Below, one piece after another: positions 52,009-64,000 of a stretch of 64,000 nucleotides of DNA. The notes below the pieces were generated by a model. That model saw nothing but the letters and a program-made list of their open reading frames with translations. It made no database searches and was not told the DNA's origin. A program made the position numbers and the translations under genes. The DNA is taken from NCBI RefSeq assembly GCF_009914755.1, contig NC_060933.1; one strand, given 5' to 3'. Numbering within the stretch: position 1 is the first letter of the stretch; the number at the start of each line of letters is the position of its first letter. This DNA comes from the human T2T-CHM13v2.0 reference genome, Homo sapiens.

Positions 52009-52083
52009 CCCTGAAATCATATCAATTATTTTTTCTGACCGGAGTGGAAAAGTATTAAAAAATCAGTAACAGGAGGAATTTTT

Positions 52084-53390
52084 TTGCCGACCGTCTTTGG
52101 CTCCCTCTCTTGCCACCCTTTTTCTTCCTCCATCTACCCCAAAACTTTTTCCCCACCATTTTTTCCCCACTGTCTTTTTGCAAAGCCTTCTATACTTTAC
52201 CACTCACTTCCGTTTTCCCCACCCATCTACTCCAAAACTTTTCCCCACCGTCTTTTCTCCCTCTCCCTGGCCACCCTTTTTTCCGCCTCCCGTTCTCATC
52301 ATCCTCTTTTGCTCCTTCATCTCCCCAAAAACATTTCCCTCATCTTCTCCCAAAGCCTTCTCCCCACTCCTGCTGCTCGCCACCCTCTTTCCCCTTCCAT
52401 CTACCCAAAAACTGTTTCCCTATTGTCTTTTTCTCCCTTCCTCCTTGCCACCCTTTCCCTTCTCCATCTACCCAAAAACATTTTCCCGCCGTCTTTTTGC
52501 AAAGCCTCTTCTCTACTCCTGCTCACCACGCTCTTTTAACCCATCTACCTCCCCAATTTTTCCCTGCCATCTTTTCACAAAGCCTTCCCCGCTTCCCGCT
52601 CGCCCTCTTCTTTCCTCTATCCTGCTTGCCACCCTCTTTTTGCCCTCCATCTACCCCAAACTATTTTCCCCATCGCCTTTTTCCCAGTCCTCTTTCCCCA
52701 CTCCCTTTGGCCACACTTTCTATTCTCCTCCCACTTGCTACCCTCTTTTCCCCCTCCATCTACCCAAACACTTTTTACCCACTGTCTTTTCTTTCTACAC
52801 TTTCTTTTCTGCCTATCGTCTTTTCGCAAAACCTTTTCTCTTTCCCACTCGCCACCCTCTTTATCTTTCTCCCAATGGCCACCCTCTTCCCCCCTCCATC
52901 TACCTAAAAGCTTCTCTCCTCACTGTCTTTTCGCAAAACCTTCTCTCCCTCCTGCTCGCCACTCTCTCTTCCCCCTCCCTCTCTGCACCCTCTTTTCTCC
53001 TCCCACTTGTCACCCTTTTCCCCCCTCCATCCACTCAAAATCTTTTTACCCACAGTCTTCTTTCCCTTTCTTTTCTCCCCACCGTATTTTTGCAAACCTT
53101 CTCTCCTTCCTGCTCATCCCTGTTCCCCCCTCACGACCCTCTCTTACCCCCTTCCATCTACCCAAAAACTTTTTCCCCACTGCCTTTCTGTGAAACCTTC
53201 TCTCCCTCCTGTTCACCACCCTGTTTTTCCCCCTCCATCTACCCCCCATTTTTTCCCCCCAACATCTTTTCCTTACTGTCTTTATGCAATGCCTTCTCCG
53301 GCTCACCATCCTTTTTTCCTTTTGGCACTAACCACCCTCTTTACCCTTCCATCTATCCCAAAAGTATTTTCCCCTTCTTACCGCTCCAGC
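52084..53390. repeat. Degenerate pyrimidine-rich tandem array, about 13 units of variable length (~70-140 bp)
   Basis: Recurrent gccaccct..ttttccc..ccatctacc(c)aaaa..ttttcccca..gtctttt(t)gcaaa.cctt. Confidence 0.9.
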
Positions 53391-53400
53391 CACACTACAG

Positions 53401-53936
53401 TCTCTGTCGCCACCAACTGCAGGGAGGCCAAGCCACAGTGCTGCAGGCTACAGCCTCCAGTCTGTCCTGGTCCTCTAAGCCGGGCTTGGAGCAGCTCAGT
53501 GAGCAGACACAGAAGAACCTGGAGTGGCCTGACTCTTCTTCAGCACCACTTATGTACTGAAGTTATGCATATGCCGTTCCTGGACTACACGTTCCAGGAC
53601 TGGATAAGAGAAAGCCTGGAGGCCTACTCTGATTGGACTTTGTTATGTTCTGATTGGATGAAAGAAAGTCTTAGGACAACCAATCAGAGTATGAAAATAA
53701 AGTCCAATCAGAGAAGGCCTAGAGGTTTTCTCTCACCCAATCAGAACATGTAGTCCAGAAACCACCCACGTAACCCCATGTGCATGTTGAGGAGGCCTCA
53801 CGCCAGTTTAGGCTCTCCAGTATCTCCTGCCGAGCTGCTCTGTTCCCGGCTTAGAGGACCAGGAGAAGGGGGAGCTGGAGGCTGGAGCCTGTAACACCAT
53901 GGCTCGTCTCGCTCTGGATGGTGGTGGCAACAGAGA
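53401..53936. promoter_or_regulatory. Palindromic, putative bidirectional promoter with five CCAAT boxes
   Basis: ATTGG at 53632 and 53653; CCAAT at 53680, 53704 and 53737, all in CCAATCAG context. Mirrored ggactaca motifs at 53582 and 53749-53756. Symmetric about ~53669. Confidence 0.7.
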
Positions 53937-54130
53937 TGGCAGCGCGGCTGAAGTCTTAGGAGGGCGGCCTGAGCGGTAGGAGGGTAGTCTGAGCAGTAGG
54001 AGGGGGGCTGGAGCAGTAAGATGGCGGCCGGAGCGCTAGGCGGGAGGCTGGAGCAGTAAGATGGCAGCCGGAGCGGTAGGGGGGTGGCTGGCAGCCGGAG
54101 CGGTAGGGGGGTGGCTGGCAGCTGGAGCTG
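53934..54130 (+). repeat. G-rich ~20/40-bp tandem repeat containing YY1-like AAGATGGCGGCC
   Basis: gagc(a/g)gtagg units; AAGATGGCGGCC at 54018-54029 and AAGATGGCAGCC at 54058-54069. Confidence 0.75.
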
Positions 54131-54277
54131 CTCTTGACCAGCTAGAGGTCTAGGAGAAGGTGGGGACCATGCCCAATGCTGGCGGCTGGAGCCTTGGCCC
54201 TGGCGGCTCGCCTGGCTGCGGTTGGTGGTGGCGACGGAGACTGCATCTCTGTCAAGTAGTAGAAAGGTGGCAGGGTA

Positions 54278-55025
54278 GGTGCGCTCTCTGCGGCTGCACT
54301 GCCCGCTTGTGGGGTGGTGGGGGAGTGGGTTTGGTGTGCTTTTGGGGCTGCACTGCCTGCCGTGGGTGGCTGGTGGGTGGCGCTATCGGGTGTTGAATTG
54401 CTGGCAGTGGGGCAGGTTTGCTGCGCTATCAGGGTCTACACTGCCTAAGGTGGCGGGGGGTTGGAGGCAGGTTGTGTGTGCTGTCGTGCACTACCAGCGG
54501 CAAGTGGCGGGGGGTTAGGGGCATTATTAGCTGCTGCACTGGCCGATCCAGGGGGCGGGTTGGGTGAGCTATCGTGAGCTACAATGTCAGCAGCAATGCC
54601 AACTGGCAGGCAGTCGGGGGTGCTTTAGGGGAGCTGTCAAATGTTGCATTGTCCGTGGGGGAAAGGGGAAGGTGGGGTCGGGGGGTTGGTTGGGTGCACT
54701 ACCCCTGGCGTTCACTGCCCGCGACAGGAGCAGATTGGGGGTGCTATCTGGGGCTGTGCTGCTTGTGGTCCGGGTGGGGGGCAGGTTTGATGGGGCACTA
54801 TTTGGTGCTGCAACACCCGTGGTGGGGATGGGTTGTGGACACTATCGAGTGTTACACTGCCAGGAGCAGAGGGGTGGTTTGGGGGCGCTATCAGGGTTAC
54901 ACTGCCTGCAGCAGTCTCTGGGTGTGTTGTGGGCACAATCCAGGGGCTAAGTTTGTGGTGGGGGGGGGCAGGTTAGGGGCGCTATGGGGGGAGGTTGCAC
55001 TTCTGCTGCCAGCAGCAGGTTGTGG
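54278..55025 (+). repeat. Degenerate G-rich ~40-45-bp tandem array
   Basis: Recurrent ggggcgctatc.ggg...(g/a)cactgcc...ggtgg.ggg..ggtt. Confidence 0.8.
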
Positions 55026-55551
55026 AGGTGGCCACGACAGTGGTGGCCTCTGAGGAAGGGGCCCTTCTCCTCTTCCCGGACTCAAGGCTCTAGAGGGTGA
55101 ACAATTTCTGCTCGTGTTGGAGCACGGAGGGTGCACAGAGTTTTCGCAGCAATCCTCTGACCACCGCAGGGCCCTCACACCCACCATGGTTACCCAGCCC
55201 TTGCCCTCTTGCTCTGTGTTGTGGAGACTATCTGGGAGCCCCAGGCATGGAGTAGTGGGCACCACGGAGGCTCAGGGTCCTGTGGGTGGAGGATTCAGGA
55301 ATGGGAACTGGTACTTGGGTGGGGAAGACTGGCTGGGTCTGAGTTTCTGCTATTCTTGCTCCCCAAGGAGCCCCGGGCACTGTGGTGTCTCCAGTCCCCA
55401 CCCCAGGTCAGGAGGCCAGCTTGGTCTAGGAGGAGAGGCTGGACTTTGGAGGGTGGGTGTGAGTGCCTTTGCTGAAACTGGCCCCAGCCACCCAGTGGCC
55501 AGCATGACAAGGTGAGGCTCTAACACTGCCACTTTCTGCATCCTGTTGTAG

Positions 55552-55713
<162 letters not shown>

Positions 55714-57499
55714 TAGGAGGGTACCCGTGGAGGCCAAGTGGTAGGAGCCTTGGAGGGTGGGCAGGTGCATGGAGGGTGACAGCAGCGCTGGTTCCTTTGG
55801 CATCGGCGCTAATGGTGGCAGCAGCAGCAAGTCTAGGGGCCAGGAAGGGGGAGTAGGAGAGCTTTGGGGCCCGGTCCGGCCTGGGGTGGGTAAGAAGCTG
55901 CTGGTTCTGTACCACAGGCCTCAGTGACAGTGGTGGAGGTGCAGCCAGAGCAAGGAGTCCGCCCCCTTCTCCTGCGGTCTCTGGAGGGTGCCCTCCTGCT
56001 GGCATCTGAGCCAGGTGTGAGTGGCAGCACTGTTTCATTCTTAACAGAATTTAGGGGCTTACTATTGTGTATCTTTTTGTTTTTGGTTGTGATAACCCTT
56101 AAGGGACAAAAGGCTTCTTTGGCTGGGTTTTGGTGTGGTGGGATCCCCCCATGTAAGACAAAGGGTGCTTTGCTGGCAAGCTGTGTGTTGGAGGGAGTTC
56201 ACCAAGGGGAAGAAAGGGAACCTCTCAGGAGGATGGCTGCTGTGGCAGGTCCCCTGCCTCTGGGCACCCTTTGGGCCACCTAGTTTCCCTGCGGAAGAGG
56301 GGAGGCTTAGACCGGTATCACTTGTATCATCAAAGAGGCATCCTGGCTGGGCCAGTTGATTTGACCTTCCCACTTCTTCAGCCCACCTGCCCATGGTGTC
56401 ACCTGGGGAAAGTGGAACCTCAGGCCACAGGGGCAGAGGCTTCTCTGGCAGGCTGATTGCTGTAGTGGATTCTGTTCTGCCTGCTGCTCAGGAGGGCTTC
56501 TATGGCCAGGAAGTGATGCTGGGACTCTCCTGTTGGTGTTCTGCTGCCTCCGTGTTGTCTCCGGCTTCTCAGGGACTCTCAGATGTGTGAAGGCAAAAAG
56601 GTTTCCTGGCTAGTTTGCGTGGTGTGGTTGGGATCACTTTTGCTACATGCCCCTCAGGCACCCTAGTGGGGGAAAAGGGAATTTTAGATTTAATGGAGAA
56701 TGTGTCTATGTTGGCTGCTTATTGTTAGCAAACTTCTGAACAATTCTATTCTAAATGGTCACCTCTTGTTGAGTAGACTCTAGCTCCATTGGAGAAGAGA
56801 TGAACTTACCTGGGCTGTGTTTTCTTGCTAGCTTGAGGGTTGAAAACACTAGGTTTTTTTCTCCTTTTCCAGTTGAGTTAGGGAAGTGACATGCATTGCC
56901 ACAAAACCATTCTTTCAGTTCTGGAGTCCTTAGACAGTCATCTTACTAGCACCTTCCAGCATTCTCCTTTCAGTGAGCTAATAAGGGAGGGTTCCTAATC
57001 TAAAAGGAAACATGGATGGTGTTCTTATGTTGTATGACAAGAAATACGAAATAATTCTGAAAAATTTAGTCATTTTTCTTTTAAATTTAGAAACCTGTTT
57101 TTTATATTTATAATATTTAAAGCCATTAAAAATTAAGATGTCATAATTAAAATAATCTTTTAACATTTTACATTAATTAGCATTTAGCAGATGACCATAA
57201 CAAATTATTTTTAATTATGTTACATTAATTGCCAATACAAATTTCTTTCTGGTTTTTACAAATCTGTTTGCAAAATTTTATTTTGTCGTTTATTAAATTT
57301 TTGTATAATTAGCTGCTACATTGCAGGTATAGGAACTTCCAATATTAAGCATGATTACAAATACTTCAGTTTTCATGTCTTACTTTTTATTAATAGTCTA
57401 AAAGTTATAAAATGCTTTGTGCGTTAGTCTTGGTAACATTCTTTAGTATGAATTATCATTTGAAAAATGTTAGGAACGTAGCTTTCCCATCTTATTTAT

Positions 57500-57933
57500 T
57501 ATCTTGAGGTGGAGTCTCACTCTGTCGCCCAGGCTGGAGTGCAGTAGCGTGACCTTGGCTCACCGCAACCTCTGCCTCCTGGGTTCAAGCGATTTCTCCT
57601 GCCTCAGCCTCCTGAGTAGCTGGGATTACAGGCACGGGCCACCACGACCGGCTAATTTTTGTGTTTTTAGTAGAGATGAGGTTTCACCATATTGATCATG
57701 CCGGTCTCGAACTCCTCACCTCAGGTGATCCACCTGCCTCGGCCTCCCAAAGTGCTGGGATTACAGGTGTGAGCCACCATGCCAAGCCTATTTATTTTAG
57801 ATACAGTGTCTTCCTCTGTTGACCAGGTTGAAGTGCAGGGGTGTAGTCATAGCTCACTGCAGGCTCAGACAGTCCTTCTGCCATGGCCTCCCAAAGTGCT
57901 GGGATTACAGGCATGGGCCACTGCGCCTGGCCT
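57500..57933 (-). mobile_element. Alu (57500-57787) plus an adjacent internally deleted old Alu (57790-57933)
   Basis: Antisense Alu sequences. Confidence 0.9.
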
Positions 57934-58611
57934 AAATTGTAATAATTTTACAGTTTGCCTCAAATGAGGGCTGGCATCTGGGCAAGGTCTGCTGGGGGCC
58001 TCCCACATACAGGCAGTCTCTCTGCTGTGCCCTCCACCAGCACTGAGGGTCACCTGCCCACAGGCACCCCTCTCCTTTCCCCTCTGGGGAAGGCCAGAAG
58101 TGACTTTTGAGGTTACCCGAGGGACTTTTTCTGGAAAAGGGTGTGAAGCTGAAGCTGATGGCCTCAGTGTCCAAAGGGGAACACTTCCCACAGGCGTTTG
58201 GAAGCCACAGACCTGACAGCGGGGTCCTGGTCTTGGGGGTCTCAGTCACCTGGCCACCCATTCCTTCCTCACTTAGGCATCCACCTAGCGGGCTGCCCAC
58301 ACCCTCTTCTATCTGTCTGTGCTCAGCCAATCAGGCAAGCCAGGGTTACACCCTCCCTGTCCTGGGCCATGGCTCCATGAAGCACCATGTGCCTCGGAAG
58401 ACCTCCCCGATTGATCCCGTCTCCCCAGTATCTTCTGCTAAGGCAGAGGTTTCCCTGGGCCCCTGCTCTGGTCCACTTCCTTGGCACAGTTTGTAGCTGT
58501 GCCTGACACAGCCCACCCGCCTGGCTTCTGTCCCAAACCTGCAGCCAGGCCATGTGACAGCCGCTGCCTGTGCCCAAACATTCATCCAGCCCCACCCAGG
58601 AGAGCCAGACA

Positions 58612-58830
58612 GGCACTCACACCCTAACCCACACACCCTCACCCCCACACCCTCACCCGCCCACCCCCACCCACACACCCTCACCCACACCCACACACCC
58701 CCACCCACACCCACACACCCTCACCCACACACCCCCACCCACACCTGCACACCCTCACCTGCACACCCCCACACCCTTACCCGCACACCCTCACCCACCT
58801 GGCCCTTCTGCACCCCCTCCCCACCCTCCC
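58612..58830. repeat. (CACCC/CACAC)n low-complexity tract, G-rich on the minus strand
   Basis: Direct read. Confidence 0.92.
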
Positions 58831-59206
58831 TCTAAACCTACTGGGGGAGCAGCTTCCCCTACATTCGCTTGCTCCACCTCCTCCTAGAGCTGGGTCACAT
58901 ACCAATTCCCACGCTCTTGGCAGGTTGGTCATGGCCCTGGCAGATCTGAGGACAGGATGGGCACAGGACTGTGTGCAGCATAGAAAGGTCAAGGAGTGCA
59001 GCCTCGTACTCTGTGCCAGCTGCCAGCCCCCGGAGCTTACTAGGCTGATGGGGACAAATAATGCACCAGAGGGGACAGTGACCATTGTCCCTGGGTTAGT
59101 CCACCACAGGACTGTTGGGAAGTTCACAGATGTACTGATTGCCCTGTTGCATTGGTCCTCGGGGGCAGATGCTGAGATGGGGTTAGGAGAACAAAGGGGA
59201 GGAAGG

Positions 59207-59422
59207 GAGCTGGGCATGGTGGCTATGCCTGTAAATCCTAGCAGTTGGGGAGGTCCAGGTGGGAGGATTTCTTGAGGCCAGGAGTTTGAGACCAGCCTGG
59301 GCAACATAGCAAGACCCTGTCTCTACAAAAAAAAAAAAATTAAAAATTAGCCATCCATGGTGGCTGTATTCCCAGCTACTCGGGAGGCTGAGGTGGGAGG
59401 AACAGTTGAGCCTAGGAGTTGT
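59207..59422 (+). mobile_element. AluJ-like, 3'-truncated
   Basis: Left arm, linker and partial right arm. Confidence 0.88.
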
Positions 59423-59574
59423 CAATAGAAATCAAGTGTTGGGATATTGAGAATAGCATTATAATGAGGGTCCAGAGTATGTTATTAATACTAATGGTAG
59501 AATTTTGAGCTTCTGATATATACACAAACATGTATAGCTACACCAGGGATTGTGCTCAAGATTTGACTTACATT

Positions 59575-59760
59575 AGCTTGTTTAAGCCTCTTCCACACAC
59601 TATTTGAGGCAGGTACTGTTGTTATCATTTTATGGATGACAAAACTGAGAAGCAGAAAATGTAGGAAACTTGCCCAAGATCACACAGCCATGAAGCAGAC
59701 ACCAGAAGCAGAGCCCTAGGCTCACAAACTTGACTGCCTTCACTCTAGGCTCTATGTTAT
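59575..59760 (-). mobile_element. MIR
   Basis: cattttatggatgacaaaactgag...aacttgcccaagatcacacagc. Confidence 0.8.
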
Positions 59761-60843
59761 TCTGACCATCTCTCAGCCAGGAAGTCACTCCCTTATGCAA
59801 ATGACATTGTTGGTGCTGATGGTTAAATATTTCTTTTCTCACAATATGTGAAAGAGAGAGCCTGATTTGTTACCTAAGCCCCAAGGGTTTCTCCTACCAT
59901 TTCAGAGAGGTAGAAACTTTTCTTTGCCCCTAAACTGTGGCAAAGAAAACAGAGAGGAGGAAACAGCCATCAGAAGACTAAAAATCTCTCATCTTTGCAA
60001 ATAAGAATTCACTCTGAGCTTTTTTGCATGCAGCAGTGGGAAGAGACCTTGTTTTTTATTCTATCAACTTATCCATTTAACAATTTATTGAGAACCTGTT
60101 GTGTACCCGATGCACTGCTGGCATTGGTTATGTAAAAATCAATGCAGCATGGTCCTTTCCCCAAGCAACTCAGTCTCCTGCTTGGTTCTCTTTTCTGGAT
60201 CATTTTAATTATGGTTCTCCTTTTAAGTAAAGGACAAACAGAGAAGTAGCACCGAGTCAGATTTTTGCCACTAGTCTTATACAGGTGGCCTATTTTTCTT
60301 AATGCTCCCCACACATGGGATCTGAGCCAGCTGAGCCCTGAAACCTTCCAGGTTGAGAACGTAGTGTGGCACTTCACATGAGACTGTGCGGGAGTTGATA
60401 CAACTGGCATGTTAGCCACAGAAACCCTGCCAAGCGTTCTGGAATAGAGGGGGTGGACAGGACCCCACCTGCTTTCCCTAATCTCATGGATATCAGGCAC
60501 CAGGCAGCCTTCCCCCGGAATGGAGACATCTCAGGTAGGGGTTGTCACTGTTCCAAGCTTCCTTTGATGCCGTTTTGATCCTGGATGTAGAGTTGCCGCA
60601 TGGAGAGTGAAACCACGAGAATATATAATTGAGAAAAGAATGGAAAGATGGACAGATACCTAAACAGATACATAAATACTTTGCAGAAGTCTGGGACAGT
60701 GGAACATAGGAAGAGAGCCTCAGATAGAGAGAGAACAGTAGGCTGATTGTGGTAAAGGGAAGGCTTCACTTTGTTATTCAGTATACATATTTATTGAATT
60801 GTTTAAACAATATGTATATCTTTATAATTAAAAGATAATTTGG

Positions 60844-61770
<927 letters not shown>

Positions 61771-63374
61771 TGCATGTTCTATACTCTGGTTCTAGAGTAA
61801 TCCTAAGACTTTTGAAGACCCTGAACACTCTTCCTTTTGGAGATTTCACCCCACATTTTATCAAACATACTGAAAGTCACCCACATTTCACGTTAATTAT
61901 TATTATTATTTGCTGTAGTATGTTTAAAAGAGGTTTTAATGATTTTGCTTGTGGTTGGCTGTGACTAACTCATGGCTATGAGGCCTTAGCAATCGCTGGA
62001 CATATTTGGAAACCCTTTCAAGGTGAGTAATTCTAAGGAACGAATTGTTTTTAAGTGTAAATACAATTTGTATGAACATCAACCTTAACAATGATGTTTA
62101 CATAACATTCCATTATGTAGACATTTAATTAAACTTTTATCTATTTCAATTTTTCAGTTTTCTCTTTTTGTATTTTGAAGCCAAAAAAAAAAAATGTGTT
62201 TTCAGACCTCAGGTTAAGGGAATAGATGAAAGCGGTCAGCCAGGGACCAGAAAGACCTCTTGGCCACCCTCCCGAAGTTGTGGTTCAGCAGAATCAGGCA
62301 GAGCCTGGGTGCAGAAGGGACCTATAAGCTTATCTATCCCTGTTCTTCCCTTTTATGAATGGAATAACTCATGTCCAAGGAGGGGAGTGACTTGCCCAGA
62401 AGATAGTATAGTTTGATTCTTCAAATGCAGAGTCCTGAGCCCTTTCAAACTTCTTGTTGTTTGTTTTACACGTTCCAAGATGATATTCAAGGAGTGGTTC
62501 TCAAAGCCTAGGGGAGTGACCTCATGAGACGTCAAGGCTGCTGATGCTGGGAAGACTCATACAGGTCCACCCAGGCTGCACGTGTGTGTAACCCAATGAC
62601 CAAATCAACAGTGACTTGAACCCGCAGCCAGGGGAGTGTGAGTGAAATATAAGCAGACGTTTTCACCAGTTGTTAAAACCTAGCAGGGGCATGAGGAATC
62701 AATCACAGACTGTGCCTCAGCAAACCTCCATGAGGAAGGCTCAAGGGAGCGGAAGAGCAATCACAGGTCTCCACCATCCAAGAGCAAATCCAAGCAGAGC
62801 TAAGCACTTTTGTGTCCTCTGGAGCAAGGCAACCCCATAACCTTGCAGAGATTCAGGAATGATGGAAGCTGAGGAGCTACATGGCCATGTCAGGAGGATG
62901 ATGAGATCACCAGGCAGCTGCCATCAAGTTAGGGTTCAGAGTGGTCCTGGAAGAGAAGGAGATGCCCCTGCCTGGGACCACACAGGACAGAAGGGCATCT
63001 GGACAGTACCAGGCCATGTTCAGAAAGTGAAGGGGCTTTCCCATAGGAAGGTTATGGGCCCAAACACTTATTGAGCGCTTACTGTGTGGCTGGCGTAGTC
63101 AATAAGTGTTAAAGGAAGGGAGAGAGAAACTGCGAGGGAAGAGAGGAGGAGGAGACCCTGGACAGCAGGTGCTGTCGCTCTGAGGCTCCTCCATGTCCAC
63201 AGTTGGTGGCTTCTACCTTACATCTTTATACCTTTGAATTGGATGAAATGTATTTTCTCTTGGTCGTTAGGGCACTGGTGCACAATTTCAGTATGACCTT
63301 GTTGGTTCGTTCCACCTGGTCGTTAAGGTTCTGGGGACTGTGTATGAAGCAGTATCATACAGGAGAAGGAGGCA

Positions 63375-63925
63375 GGCAAACCTGGTTTTGAATTCCAGCC
63401 TAGCCACTATATAGCTGTGGTACCACAGAGACATTCTTTACCCTCTCTGAAAGTGAGTTTCTTCATCTGGGCAATGGGTGCTAAGAATTCTTGCTTCCCA
63501 GGGCTATAGCAATGTGCTAACACAGTCCCTGCTACATCATAGTAGAGGCCCCATAGAGTGCCTTTTCATGTCCCATGGTCAAGGTGGTCTTGCCTGAAAC
63601 TAAGACATAGCTCATTGTACTGCTCAAGTCAGAGCAAGCCAAGTGTGCTTTGGACAACTAATGTGCCTAAACCTGGGTCGTGAGAATCCTAAAAAGGAAC
63701 AGGGCATGGCTCTGGACCTCAGGGAAACAGAGTCAGATGTGGGGGAGACATAGATCTGGAAAAAAAAAAAAAGCACCGGGCTTGGGGTCTGGAGTTTGGG
63801 TCACCTTCCCAGGTTTGCCACAGATTTGCTATGGGTCCTTGATTAAGTCACAGTTCTCTGAATCTCAGTTCCCTCTTCTCTCCTGCTTGGGCAAAACTTG
63901 ATGGTCTCTAAGATTCATCCTTGTT
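63375..63925 (+). mobile_element. MIR fragments (~63375-63545 and ~63780-63925)
   Basis: cctggttttgaattccagcctagccact...agtttcttcatctg; aagtcacagttctctgaatctcagttccctc. Confidence 0.65.
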
Positions 63926-64000
63926 GAGTAAGTGCTAAGCTACATGGCACAAATTTCAGATGCTTCTTTAAGTGTGTCCAAGAAGAAAATTCTCAGAGAC

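Noticed and set aside
52097-53560. 487-aa ORF and overlapping 265- and 248-aa ORFs
   Set aside because: P/S/F/L-rich translation of a C/T-rich tandem array in which stop codons are compositionally rare. Several frames are open at once and there is no domain resemblance.

Overview
Primate, almost certainly human, genomic DNA: Alu/L1/LTR-rich, with no prokaryotic features, no RNA genes and no intact full-length protein-coding gene. It reads as a pericentromeric segmental-duplication mosaic. Left to right: (1) 1-33 kb of layered repeats, including a TIR-bounded Tigger-type element, a decayed ERV1 provirus (RNase H, integrase, env, PPT, 3' LTR) split by two L1s, and a near-complete THE1 provirus; (2) a partial, unprocessed FGF7 (KGF) copy with only the last two coding exons and the 3' UTR, which splices into an open 97-codon frame (FGF7P/KGFLP type); (3) a 3'-truncated L1 fused directly to a degenerate (CCCTAA)n interstitial telomere and TAR1, then two Alu junctions and an ANKRD20A/ANKRD18-type CpG promoter/5' UTR aimed back at the telomeric repeats; (4) an old L1 carrying an apparently polyadenylated MST retrocopy; (5) a ~540-bp imperfect palindrome with mirrored CCAAT boxes, flanked by C/T-rich and G-rich degenerate arrays; (6) MIR/Alu-containing unassigned DNA. 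Nearly all listed ORFs are repeat-derived or compositional artefacts. I cannot claim a new biological system. The best candidates for follow-up are the L1-telomere-TAR1-promoter junction cluster and the palindromic bidirectional promoter. Repeat subfamily names and gene identities come from memory of consensus sequences, not from a search, and boundaries are approximate unless a junction is quoted.
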